64,000 nt of DNA from Dehalococcoidia bacterium (GTDB lineage Bacteria; Chloroflexota; Dehalococcoidia; Lucifugimonadales; UBA3495): NCBI GenBank assembly GCA_965220265.1, contig CBDCPM010000003.1, positions 23,673 to 87,672 on the forward strand, given 5' to 3'. How positions within the stretch are numbered: the first letter of the stretch is position 1; each line of letters begins with the position of its first letter. Below, piece after piece: positions 36,001 to 43,751 of the stretch. The notes beneath the pieces are model-generated. The model saw only the letters and a program-made list of their open reading frames with translations, was not told the DNA's origin and did not search any database. A program made the translations under genes and the position numbers.

Positions 36001-36145
36001 CGTCGAGAATTGGCGAGGCAGAGTCTCAGCCGCCCTTCGGAGCAGCGCTTTTCCGCTCCTCCCGGACGGTTGAGGTACACACAGCAACCACGCGCTTTCG
36101 GTTTCGACGCTTCCGGACACAACAGGCCCCCGACGAGGTGAACCG

Positions 36146-37387
36146 ATGCCAACAGGCATATATGGCAATCTGATCCGGCTCGATACCGGCAACGGCATCG
36201 TCGAGGAAGTGCTGGAGCGCGTTCCGCTGTACGCGGGAGTCTCCCAGGGCGGGGTCAGCGAGGACACCCTCCAGGACCTGCTGTTCCGTTTCCCACGGGC
36301 ACTTCCCATTTCCGCCATCGACGCCACTTACGGCGAAGCCATCCCCGTTTGCCGCGAGTTGCCCACGCCCGCCGGCTATCTGGGTGCGCTGTACGTCAAT
36401 CATCTGGGCTGGTTGACCCTCGCCGAGTTCAAGCTGTGGCGCAATCCCCAGGCCCGGCGCGAAGTTATCGGACAGATCCTCGACTACGCCAAGGACCTCG
36501 CTTCGTGGGGATACGAGGACCTGCAGCGCAGGGTGTCCCTGGCCACGGGCCGGAAGGGCAATGCGCTCTACGAACTGGTCCGGGAGCATCACCCCGATCT
36601 GGACGAGGCGGAATTCGTCGACAGTGTTACGCGCCACCTCAGGCGCGGTGAATTTCTGCTGCTCATCATCGGCGACGGCATACAGGAGGGCGCCGCCAAC
36701 ATCGTCGACTTCGTCCAGCGCTACAGCGGGTTGCACTTCAACCTGGCGCTGGTGGAGGCCGCGCTCTACCGCGACGGCGACAATCGCCTCATCATGCAAC
36801 CCCGGGTCCTGGCCCAGACGGAAATCGTCCAGCGTTTTGTCGTTGACGGTAGCGTTGAACGGGTCGCCGTCATTGATGATGCCGACACCCAGCAGGAGAC
36901 CCTTTCGGCCCAGGACGAGGAGAACCTCCGCTTCTGGACCGCAGTGCTTCGGGGCTACGATTTCGCGGACGTGACCGCGGAGCTCCCCCCGCCGGTCAAG
37001 AACTCAACGCTGTCCGTGACCGTACGACATTCCGGCTTTGCCGGTTGGGGCCTCTGCTTTGGGGGATATATCCATCGCAGCGCCTCCGACCTCGGCTGTT
37101 ACCTGACCGCGCGGAAGGACCAGGCACGCGATGTCCGTATCTTCGACGAGCTCGCGGTGTCCTTCGAGGAGCTGCGTGCGGAGATGGGCGACGACCTCCA
37201 GCACTGGACCAACGCGGCCGGTCGGCCCAGGATCGGCTTCAGGCGACCGGGCGGCCTGGCTTTTCTGTCACATAACGAGGAGAGCAGCGATTTCCGTGAC
37301 GCAGTCTCCTGGATGCGCGAACGCCTGGATCGGCTGGTCAGTACGCTCAATCCCAAGCTGCAGGCCAGGCTCGCCGATGACCGCTGA
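36146..37387 (+). CDS. hypothetical protein, N-terminal PD-(D/E)xK-nuclease-like region and C-terminal DUF4268-like region
   Basis: 413 aa. LTLAEFKLWRNPQARREVIGQILDYAKDL resembles the E-x-K strand plus following helix of NucS/DUF91-type nucleases. NLRFWTAVL and downstream residues resemble DUF4268. Family names are from memory. Confidence 0.5.
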   Translation: MPTGIYGNLIRLDTGNGIVEEVLERVPLYAGVSQGGVSEDTLQDLLFRFPRALPISAIDATYGEAIPVCRELPTPAGYLGALYVNHLGWLTLAEFKLWRNPQARREVIGQILDYAKDLASWGYEDLQRRVSLATGRKGNALYELVREHHPDLDEAEFVDSVTRHLRRGEFLLLIIGDGIQEGAANIVDFVQRYSGLHFNLALVEAALYRDGDNRLIMQPRVLAQTEIVQRFVVDGSVERVAVIDDADTQQETLSAQDEENLRFWTAVLRGYDFADVTAELPPPVKNSTLSVTVRHSGFAGWGLCFGGYIHRSASDLGCYLTARKDQARDVRIFDELAVSFEELRAEMGDDLQHWTNAAGRPRIGFRRPGGLAFLSHNEESSDFRDAVSWMRERLDRLVSTLNPKLQARLADDR

Positions 37388-37424
37388 CGCCGCCGTGGAC
37401 GCAACGCCCGTACCGACAGCCCCT

Positions 37425-37640
37425 TCCCTTCCTGGTGGTACTGAGCCAGCCGCCGGCCGGTGAGCACCGCCAGCCGCTCGGCCACCATCATCCCCTCGGC
37501 CACGTTGTGAGCCCGAGGTTCGGCCATCTTCATCCTGAACCCGTGGCTCCCCCTGGTTGCCTTCGCCCGATTGCAGCAGGAACACAGCAGCTGCAAGTTG
37601 CGGACCTCGTCCTTACCGTCGTCGCTCAGCGCCAAGAAGC
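37425..37640 (-). pseudogene. HNH endonuclease 3' fragment (last ~72 codons), copy 1
   Basis: ALSDDGKDEVRNLQLLCSCCNRAKATRGSHGFRMKMAEPRAHNVAEGMMVAERLAVLTGRRLAQYHQEG aligns with the C-terminus of the intact gene at 38772-39578. Confidence 0.8.
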
Positions 37641-37642
37641 CG

Positions 37643-37924
37643 ATGGTGGAACGACGGAAACCCATCGTCACTGAACTCGCCCTGGCCGACGTCCTGGACC
37701 AGTTGGTCAACCTGATCGAGGAGCTGCGGGTCGACGTGAACCTCCGCGTGGAGATCACCACCGATGAGACCGAGTTGGTGAAGCTCAACTTCTCCGGCAC
37801 TCCCGACGTGGGCTTCCCGCTGCAGCGCGAGGTGCGCGCCATTCCCGGCCAGGTGGTGCGCCGCGTCTGGAACGAGGGTCTCCGCGACTACGAGACCCCG
37901 TACCGCTCCGGCGACGCGATCTGA
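37643..37924 (+). CDS. conserved small hypothetical protein, copy 2 (93 aa)
   Basis: MVERRKPIVTELALADVLDQLVNLIEELRVDVNLRVEITTDETELVKLNFSGTPDVGFPLQREVRAIPGQVVRRVWNEGLRDYE.... It differs from copy 1 mainly at third codon positions. Confidence 0.65.
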   Translation: MVERRKPIVTELALADVLDQLVNLIEELRVDVNLRVEITTDETELVKLNFSGTPDVGFPLQREVRAIPGQVVRRVWNEGLRDYETPYRSGDAI

Positions 37925-37995
37925 GACGATCGGCTCGGGACACGCCGGGGCTGCACACTCCGAGCCAGCGCAGCAGAGCGTAACACCTAACGACG

Positions 37996-38142
37996 GTGGG
38001 CGTTCCGCCGGCATTTGTCCCAGAGAACCTTCGCGACGCCATCCGCAAACAGCCGGTCGTCCCAGGCAATCTACCTGGCGGAACTGGCCAGCTGGAGCAG
38101 CTTGCGGATAGCCTTGCCCTCTGTCTAACGGTGGAGCAGTAG
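37996..38142 (+). pseudogene. possible C-terminal remnant of a paralogue of the 36146-37387 gene
   Basis: The hand-translated 48-aa frame GVPPAFVPENLRDAIRKQ...LEQLADSLALCLTVEQ weakly parallels GGLAFLSHNEESSDFRDAVSWMRERLDRLVSTL at the C-terminus of the 413-aa protein. Confidence 0.3.
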
Positions 38143-38175
38143 GGACCTTACGCTTTTCAGTAGGCTGAACCACCG

Positions 38176-38195
38176 AAACGGGACACCAAAACACG
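38176..38195 (-). repeat. isolated inverted copy of the iteron core (AAACGGGACACCAAAACACG)
   Basis: Exact reverse complement of the iteron core. It lies inside repeat copy a. Confidence 0.85.
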
Positions 38196-38244
38196 CGCCT
38201 TGTCCTCACGTCCCCGTTCCCTTGACGCGATCGAGCCTCCGCCA

Positions 38245-38322
38245 TCAGGGCGCCTCATCCCCACCCTCCAGGTAGTACTGCGCCAGCCGCCGGCCGGTGA
38301 ACACCAGTTCCTGCTCGTCCAC
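38245..38322 (-). pseudogene. HNH endonuclease 3' fragment (last ~25 codons), copy 2
   Basis: VDEQELVFTGRRLAQYYLEGGDEAP versus VDEREATLTGRRLAQYHQENGDAAS in the intact gene. Confidence 0.7.
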
Positions 38323-38623
38323 GTCAGCGGAGCCACCCACCCCCTTGCAGGAGTAGGCGGAGACTGTTTTGAGTATCAAATTAAGGAGTTTTGCACGGGG
38401 TAGCGTCATACTTTGCACCGGATCTTGGTCTTGCCGCCTCGCCCAATGCCTCCCTCCTCTACAACCGGCATTCCAGTCCCCGGCCGCCGCCGAGGTCATC
38501 GCCGCGCGCGGCTGCATTTCCGATCAATTGCCGCCCTTCCGCCGTGCTTCACCTCCCTGCCGGCGCAACCGCAGGCCCGGCCAACCTCGTATGGCTAAAG
38601 GCTACCGGTGTGGGCCGGTTGGC

Positions 38624-38849
38624 GCAGCTTACGGATAGCCTTGCCCTCTGCCTGAAGGTGGCGCAGTAGGGGCCTTACGCTTTTCAGTAGGCTGAACCAC
38701 CGAAACGGGACACCAAAACACGTACCTTGTCCTCACGTCCCCGTCCCGTTACTCGGCAGCGCCCTCCGCCATCAGGACGCCGCATCCCCATTCTCTTGGT
38801 GGTACTGTGCCAGCCGCCGGCCGGTCAACGTCGCCTCCCGCTCATCCAC
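38624..38849. repeat. about 226-bp direct repeat, copy b (covers the convergent intergenic region and the 3' end of the intact HNH gene)
   Basis: See copy a. The offset between copies is 527 bp. Confidence 0.9.
38703..38722 (-). repeat. isolated inverted copy of the iteron core
   Basis: Exact reverse complement of the iteron core. It lies inside repeat copy b. Confidence 0.85.
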
Positions 38850-39578
38850 CATCACACCTGTCCCCACGTTGTGGGCCCGCAGCTCTGCCATCTTCATGCG
38901 GAATCCGTGGCTCCCCTGCGTCCCTTTTACCCGATTGCAATACGGGCACAGCAGCTGCAGGTTGCGGGTCTCGTGCTCCCCGTCGTCGCTCAAGGCCACG
39001 ATGTGGTCGACCTCGAACCTGAGATGATGCGGCTGGTGGAAGCCGCAGCCGGGGCACACGCCCCGCTGCACCGAGTACAGCGCCATCCGCACCGATTCCG
39101 GCATGTTTGGACGGCGATTACCGTCACCACGCCGGCGGGCCGGTCGCTTCTCGTACACCTCCACCGGCTCCAGGTACTCCTGCAGCAGCGCCACGTCCAT
39201 CGGCCGGTCGGGCTCGCGGTACAGATAGCGGCCGCGGCTGACCCTGGTGATCAGCTGGGGAGACGGACGGCTGTGGCCCTGCGTGGTGCAGCCTGCCAGA
39301 TCCGAGAGTTCCCGATTGACCAGGTTCCGGTCCCGCTTCGCCCTCGGGTTAAAATCAGCCACTCCCGAGGCGGCGACCATCTCATAAATCTCTTCCGTGC
39401 TCAGAATGCGGCCCTGGCGCGCCGCCATCACCTGCACGATGTGGGGCCGCAGGCTACTTGCTGCCTTCGCCAACTGTATACCTCCTTTTGGCGCACACTC
39501 CCGAAACCTTAGCGTTGGCAAATCGTCGTTAGCCTGACCAAAGATGAAGTGACCTGCTAGTTCAAACACGACTGGCAC
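38772..39578 (-). CDS. HNH endonuclease with an N-terminal winged-helix (Mrr_N-like) domain
   Basis: CPGCGF...HLRFEVDHIVALSDDGEHETRNLQLLCPYCNRVKG (HNH with Cys4 zinc site). The N-terminal region LRPHIVQVMAARQGRILSTEEIYEMV looks like a wHTH. Confidence 0.85.
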   Translation of the reverse strand: MPVVFELAGHFIFGQANDDLPTLRFRECAPKGGIQLAKAASSLRPHIVQVMAARQGRILSTEEIYEMVAASGVADFNPRAKRDRNLVNRELSDLAGCTTQGHSRPSPQLITRVSRGRYLYREPDRPMDVALLQEYLEPVEVYEKRPARRRGDGNRRPNMPESVRMALYSVQRGVCPGCGFHQPHHLRFEVDHIVALSDDGEHETRNLQLLCPYCNRVKGTQGSHGFRMKMAELRAHNVGTGVMVDEREATLTGRRLAQYHQENGDAAS

Positions 39579-40476
39579 ACCCGACTGTCGGCCGTGGCGA
39601 CTTGTTGCACCATATCACCTCAAGCCCATCATACCGTCGCACCATTACTCCGTTGCACCATGCCCCCACACAATGGTGGCCAAAGGTAGAATAGGTTCCG
39701 CGCCCGATCACCATCCCACACGCAGTTATTCTCCCGCTCGAAGCACGGATTGCACCGCACAGCCAGACGATAGAAACGGGCCGCAGGAGTTATTGTCAAG
39801 ATTTTCAGCACCTATACAACAAAGGTTCAATACACCAAAAAACCATATTACCCATGCACCCTCAATGGCGTGCCCGACTGCAAACAGGACACTATATGCC
39901 GTAACTCACTGCCCTTACGCGAAGTCGATAGCCAAACATCCACTTAAATCGCTGACTCGAGTGCTCAGGAATGATCGAAGCCAAGATCCAATGTCTCAGC
40001 CAGCCAACTGTCTCAGCCAACGAAGTCGGGGCGCCAAAACACCAAGTTCCCTCGCCGTGATTGCAGCTAGCGTAGTCGTCCAGTGACTACCCTAGCTGAC
40101 ACTCAACGGATAATCGCCGAAACTCCGAAGTTCCGCTGCAATACAGCCATGCCCTGCAACTCCACCAGCCTCTCGGCGGCTTCCGGCGGGCGGAGAAAGG
40201 TACTGGCAGAGACGTTCATACCAAGTTACCTGATGCTCCACGACAAGGGCTATGGGTCGATATCCACACATAGGAGCTGGCTCGTTGCCCGGCTGAGAAT
40301 AGGCTTTTCCGGGATATACCATATCGTGCGGCTTGTGTAGAGGCCAGCTAATCCCTGACTCCGGGCATGTTTAGTTCACGCTGGGACTCTCCAAAACTCA
40401 AATTGTCGCCGTATCGACCGTCAATTCATCCAGCAACCAGCCATTCCGTGACACCGGTAATGACTAGCATAGACGC

Positions 40477-40585
40477 TGTGTTTTGGTGTCCCGTTTAACG
40501 TGCTTTGGAGTCCCGTTTAACGTGTTTTGGTGTCCCGTTTTCGTGTTTTGGTGTCCCGTTTAACGTGTTTTGGTGTCCCGTTTTT
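40477..40585 (+). repeat. iteron array: 5 direct repeats of CGTGTTTTGGTGTCCCGTTTAA, period 21-22 bp, followed by an AT-rich stretch
   Basis: Units read directly at about 40477-40498, 40499-40520, 40521-40541, 40542-40563 and 40564-40585. Then comes TTTTTATGATTTATCATACC. Confidence 0.9.
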
Positions 40586-40894
40586 ATGATTTATCATACC
40601 TACTACTGCAGTATCCCTACTTCCCTACACTACCTACTTCCCTACCGGGGAGTAGGTAGTGGGTTGAGCGGGCGCTCCTGTAGGGCGCCGCCCAACCCGT
40701 AGTTCAAGTCCCCGGGAGAGCCCAAAATCCCTTTGATCAAGCCGATAATCTGATCAAACCGGATGGCCACTTGTCGGAGGCCGATTTTATGACTTGACCG
40801 GTCGTAGTGTTGACAAACAAAGAAATCAGGTAATACCTTTACCATGTTGTTGCAACAATTTACCGGGGATATTCACACACGGAGAAGCGATCAA

Positions 40895-41212
40895 ATGCCG
40901 ACAATCAACGATCGGCTATCGGATTCGGCAATACGCCTAGGCCGTTACGAGGGTCGAGTTGGATTCAGCGTCTGGCGCGATGATTCGCCCGAAGGGATGG
41001 TGCTGATCGGCATCATCTGGGACGACCCAGCGGACGACGGTACCAAGCAAGAATCATGGGATGCCTACGGCTCCGTGAGATGGCCAGTGGCTAGAATGCC
41101 CACAGGGTGCAACCTCGCGTCAGCACGGTTACAGGCTTTAGATATGGTGGCGCGGAACGGGGTTATTAGCACCGATGCCGACGCCATTTTGCGTGGGTGG
41201 CTAGAGTCTTGA
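40895..41212 (+). CDS. hypothetical protein (105 aa)
   Basis: ATG 40895 lies 10 nt after GGAG. A TTGACA hexamer sits at about 40811. No family recognised. Confidence 0.5.
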   Translation: MPTINDRLSDSAIRLGRYEGRVGFSVWRDDSPEGMVLIGIIWDDPADDGTKQESWDAYGSVRWPVARMPTGCNLASARLQALDMVARNGVISTDADAILRGWLES

Positions 41213-41299
41213 AACTTAGGCAATCGTAGTGAAGCTAGGGCATTCCCGATGGCGTTTTGCTATCCACCAACTCAGCAGAGAGCGGAGCCAGGAAGCGAT

Positions 41300-41452
41300 A
41301 TGGCACGTGACAAGCGAATGACCGTCATGGTCGAAGCAGAATTCATGGACGAAGTGAAGGAGGCAGCCAGAAATCGGCGGATGAAGATGTCCGAATGGAT
41401 TAGGTTGGTTGTCGAAAACGAGTTGCGGACCGAGAAGGAACGGCGGTCATGA
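41300..41452 (+). CDS. ribbon-helix-helix (CopG/Arc-like) DNA-binding protein
   Basis: MARDKRMTVMVEAEFMDEVKEAARNRRMKMSEWIRLVVENEL fits a beta-strand plus two helices. AGGAAG lies 5 nt upstream. The stop overlaps the next start (ATGA). Confidence 0.65.
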   Translation: MARDKRMTVMVEAEFMDEVKEAARNRRMKMSEWIRLVVENELRTEKERRS

Positions 41453-42612
41453 CGTCAGCCGGGTCGGTTGACTGGCCCGGTGTTGTGCGGGCTGTGGCCA
41501 CGTTACTGGTGGGCGAACCGACGCACAAAACCGCCACTGAGTGGCGGTTTCGGCGGCGTGGCTCGCTGGCCGTCAATGTGGCCGGTGAGAACGCTGGCCA
41601 ATGGTACGACTTCGAGGCAGGCGTTGGCGGCGGCGGCGTGGATTTGGTGAGCCATCTCATAGGTTGTGACCGGTCTGCTGCGGTTGCGTGGTTGCAGCGC
41701 CAACGGCTGCTGCCTGATACGCCGGGACGCGTCGTAGCCGGCCAGCCGGCGGTGGCCCGCAAACCGGTTGGGGAACAGAATGTTCCCCCTGCCCACGCTA
41801 ACCGTATCGCATGGGCCCGTGCAACTTGGAGCATGAGTGAGCCGATACCAATGAGCCGGATTCATCCCGTACGTCAGTGGTTGGCCAGGCGCAATTTATG
41901 GTGCCCTGAGTTACCGGTGCCGGACTCCTTGCGATGGCTCCCGGCCGCTTCTGAGAGGCGCCGACACTGCGGTTCCGGGAGTATTGTCGCCCTTGCCGCG
42001 GAACCGATGGACTGGACGATCAGCTGGCCGGAGTTGCCGGCCCCGCGGGGTGTCCAGTTGACCGGAGTCGCTTCTGACGGCACACCGGCGGATTTGGAAA
42101 CCAAATCCGGCTGGCTGGGCAAGCAAAGTCGAGGAGTATTGACCGATTGTGTTGTCGTATTTGGCAACCCGCTATGGGACGAAGCGACCGCCGCGGTGCG
42201 TATTGGCGAGGGTGTGGCGGATGCCCTGGCGTTGGCCAGCCGCTATGACGGGCCCGCGCTGGCGACTTTCGGAACCAGCCCGATGCGCTCTGGCAACTTG
42301 GCGGTATGGTTGGCCAACGCACCGGCTGGCGCAATTATTCACTGCGACGACGACCCCGGGGGGCAGCGAGCCGCCGCCGATTTGCGACGGGCGATTAGGG
42401 AAGCAGGCGGATATTGTACCGCGGTCTTGCCGGCCGCAGACGGGGCGAAGGACCCTGCGGCCGTCGCCGCTCATTTTGCGCCGCTGCCGCCCCTTCCGCC
42501 AGAATGGCGGGATTACGCTATCACATTGCGGGACTGCAACCCGACCTGGGCGGCGTGGGAAGTTTACCGGCAGGCTGGAGTCATCTTCGCTGCCCCCAAG
42601 GACAACGGGTGA
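41449..42612 (+). CDS. Toprim-domain primase-like protein with a Cys-less CHC2-like N-terminal domain
   Basis: N-terminus EWRFRRRGSLAVNVAGENAGQWYDFEAGVGGGGVDLVSHL follows the pattern of the primase zinc-binding domain but lacks the cysteines. C-terminal Toprim elements are IGEGVADALA ... IHCDDDPGGQRAA. Confidence 0.7.
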   Translation: MTSAGSVDWPGVVRAVATLLVGEPTHKTATEWRFRRRGSLAVNVAGENAGQWYDFEAGVGGGGVDLVSHLIGCDRSAAVAWLQRQRLLPDTPGRVVAGQPAVARKPVGEQNVPPAHANRIAWARATWSMSEPIPMSRIHPVRQWLARRNLWCPELPVPDSLRWLPAASERRRHCGSGSIVALAAEPMDWTISWPELPAPRGVQLTGVASDGTPADLETKSGWLGKQSRGVLTDCVVVFGNPLWDEATAAVRIGEGVADALALASRYDGPALATFGTSPMRSGNLAVWLANAPAGAIIHCDDDPGGQRAAADLRRAIREAGGYCTAVLPAADGAKDPAAVAAHFAPLPPLPPEWRDYAITLRDCNPTWAAWEVYRQAGVIFAAPKDNG

Positions 42613-42620
42613 AGGTGAAT

Positions 42621-43751
42621 ATGACAGCACACGACGGCATCCTGGCCGGCGCCGAGCTCGCTGCGACCGGGCAGGATTATCTGTCCGAACTCAGGGCTTG
42701 GGTCACAGCGTACCCGGAGGATGCGTTAATCCAAGAAGAAGTACGCCAGTTGGCGCGTGACTTGGATGCAGTCGACGAAGTCGCAGACCGGCGCGACGCT
42801 TGGCCAATCACCGATATCACGGGCAACCTGCCCAGATCCCTGCTCTCTGTAGCGGGTTGCAACGGAGCCGTTCTGACCGAGGGCAGCGTAGCGTTGTTGG
42901 CTGGGGCCGGTGGCGTTGGCAAGTCGGCCCTGATGGTGTCTCTGGCCTTGGGCATTGCCCGTCTGAACGACGGAGAACGCGGTCCCGTAGTCGATGGGAT
43001 ATTCGACGGCGTCGGCGGCCCGGTGATACTGGTGACCTATGAGGATGTTCCTGAAGTCACCGCTTGGCGAGTGCGCAGTCTGGTGGCGGAAGTGATGAAG
43101 CAGGAACCGGAAACAACACGCAGGGAGGCTTTTAGCCGGATCTATGTAATTGACCTGCTCGGCCGTCCATTATTCGGCCCGATGTCTGCTCCCGGACGTT
43201 CAGCATCCTACAACGCCCCCCCTGGGCCGCTTTCCGGTTGGTCTGACCTGTGGATTGCGGCCGCAAGAATAAAGCCGGGTCTCATTATCATTGATCCCGC
43301 GTTGTCCGCCTTTTCGGGAGAAAGCAATGCGGCGGCGCCGGTTCGGGAATTTCTTGGAGCGTTGGCGTTGAAGGCTAAGGCCTTGGGGACCGGCGTTCTC
43401 ATCACCGCCCACTCTAACAAGACAGCCCGTTCAGGCAATCAGGACCCTTACGACCCTGGCCAAGTGGGTGGTAGCGCCGCGTGGGTGGACGGGGCCAGGG
43501 GTGTTCTGGCGATGACCCGCCATCAGCCTGAAGACGAAGGCGAGGCTGAATCGAGCGAGCTGAAATTGGCGGTGGCCAAGAGCAACTACGGCCCATCCCT
43601 CGTCACCGTCGGTATAAATTCGATACGTGTCGCCGGGGGCGCTATCGTCGGGTTCAAGGCGGATGGGGCTTGGGTCGGGCCTGGCCTGAGTTATTCCCAT
43701 CAGAAATCTGTCGAGGAGTCGGATAGGAAATATGCTTCCATTACGGACTAA
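42621..43751 (+). CDS. RecA-fold replicative helicase-like ATPase (RSF1010 RepA / AAA_25 type)
   Basis: Walker A LLAGAGGVGKSAL, Walker B GLIIIDPALSAF, then VLITAHSNK. The start is placed at ATG 42621. Confidence 0.75.
   Translation: MTAHDGILAGAELAATGQDYLSELRAWVTAYPEDALIQEEVRQLARDLDAVDEVADRRDAWPITDITGNLPRSLLSVAGCNGAVLTEGSVALLAGAGGVGKSALMVSLALGIARLNDGERGPVVDGIFDGVGGPVILVTYEDVPEVTAWRVRSLVAEVMKQEPETTRREAFSRIYVIDLLGRPLFGPMSAPGRSASYNAPPGPLSGWSDLWIAAARIKPGLIIIDPALSAFSGESNAAAPVREFLGALALKAKALGTGVLITAHSNKTARSGNQDPYDPGQVGGSAAWVDGARGVLAMTRHQPEDEGEAESSELKLAVAKSNYGPSLVTVGINSIRVAGGAIVGFKADGAWVGPGLSYSHQKSVEESDRKYASITD

Larger units (their letters stand above)
38097..38322. repeat. about 226-bp direct repeat, copy a (partner at 38624-38849)
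   Basis: Shared string ...GCAGCTTxCGGATAGCCTTGCCCTCTGxCT...CCTTACGCTTTTCAGTAGGCTGAACCACCGAAACGGGACACCAAAACACG...CCGCCATCAGG...GCCAGCCGCCGGCCGGT.... Confidence 0.9.

Noticed and set aside
38391-38669. 92-aa plus-strand ORF ending in LAQLTDSLALCLKVAQ, treated as an intact gene.
   Set aside because: Only the last ~16 codons are conserved with the other repeat copy. The remainder is P/S/A-rich with no start context. I interpreted it as a 3' remnant.
40259-40268. DnaA-box-like ATATCCACA about 200 bp upstream of the iterons.
   Set aside because: It is a single 8-of-9 match. Roughly a dozen such matches are expected by chance in 64 kb on two strands, so it is not evidence on its own.
39673-40340. 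ORFs 39673-40086(+), 40083-40340(+), 40092-40322(-) and 39629-39811(-) in the lower-GC stretch.
   Set aside because: They lack SD sequences, have odd compositions and show no family resemblance. I treated the region as apparently non-coding origin-proximal DNA. A small real gene or an ncRNA cannot be excluded.
40477-40585. Possible CRISPR array, considered because of the regularly spaced direct repeats.
   Set aside because: The repeats are contiguous with a 21-22 bp period and no unique spacers. No cas genes are present. The structure fits iterons.
40636-40715. tRNA-like string ...CCGTAGTTCAAGTCCCCGGGAGAGCCCA (T-loop-like GTTCAAGTCC plus a CCA-like end) after the iterons; a possible tRNA or att remnant.
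   Set aside because: I could not build a cloverleaf. The T-stem has two mismatches, no matching 5' acceptor strand lies upstream, and the anticodon arm is ambiguous. At most it is a degraded tRNA 3' fragment, and it is not supportable as a feature.
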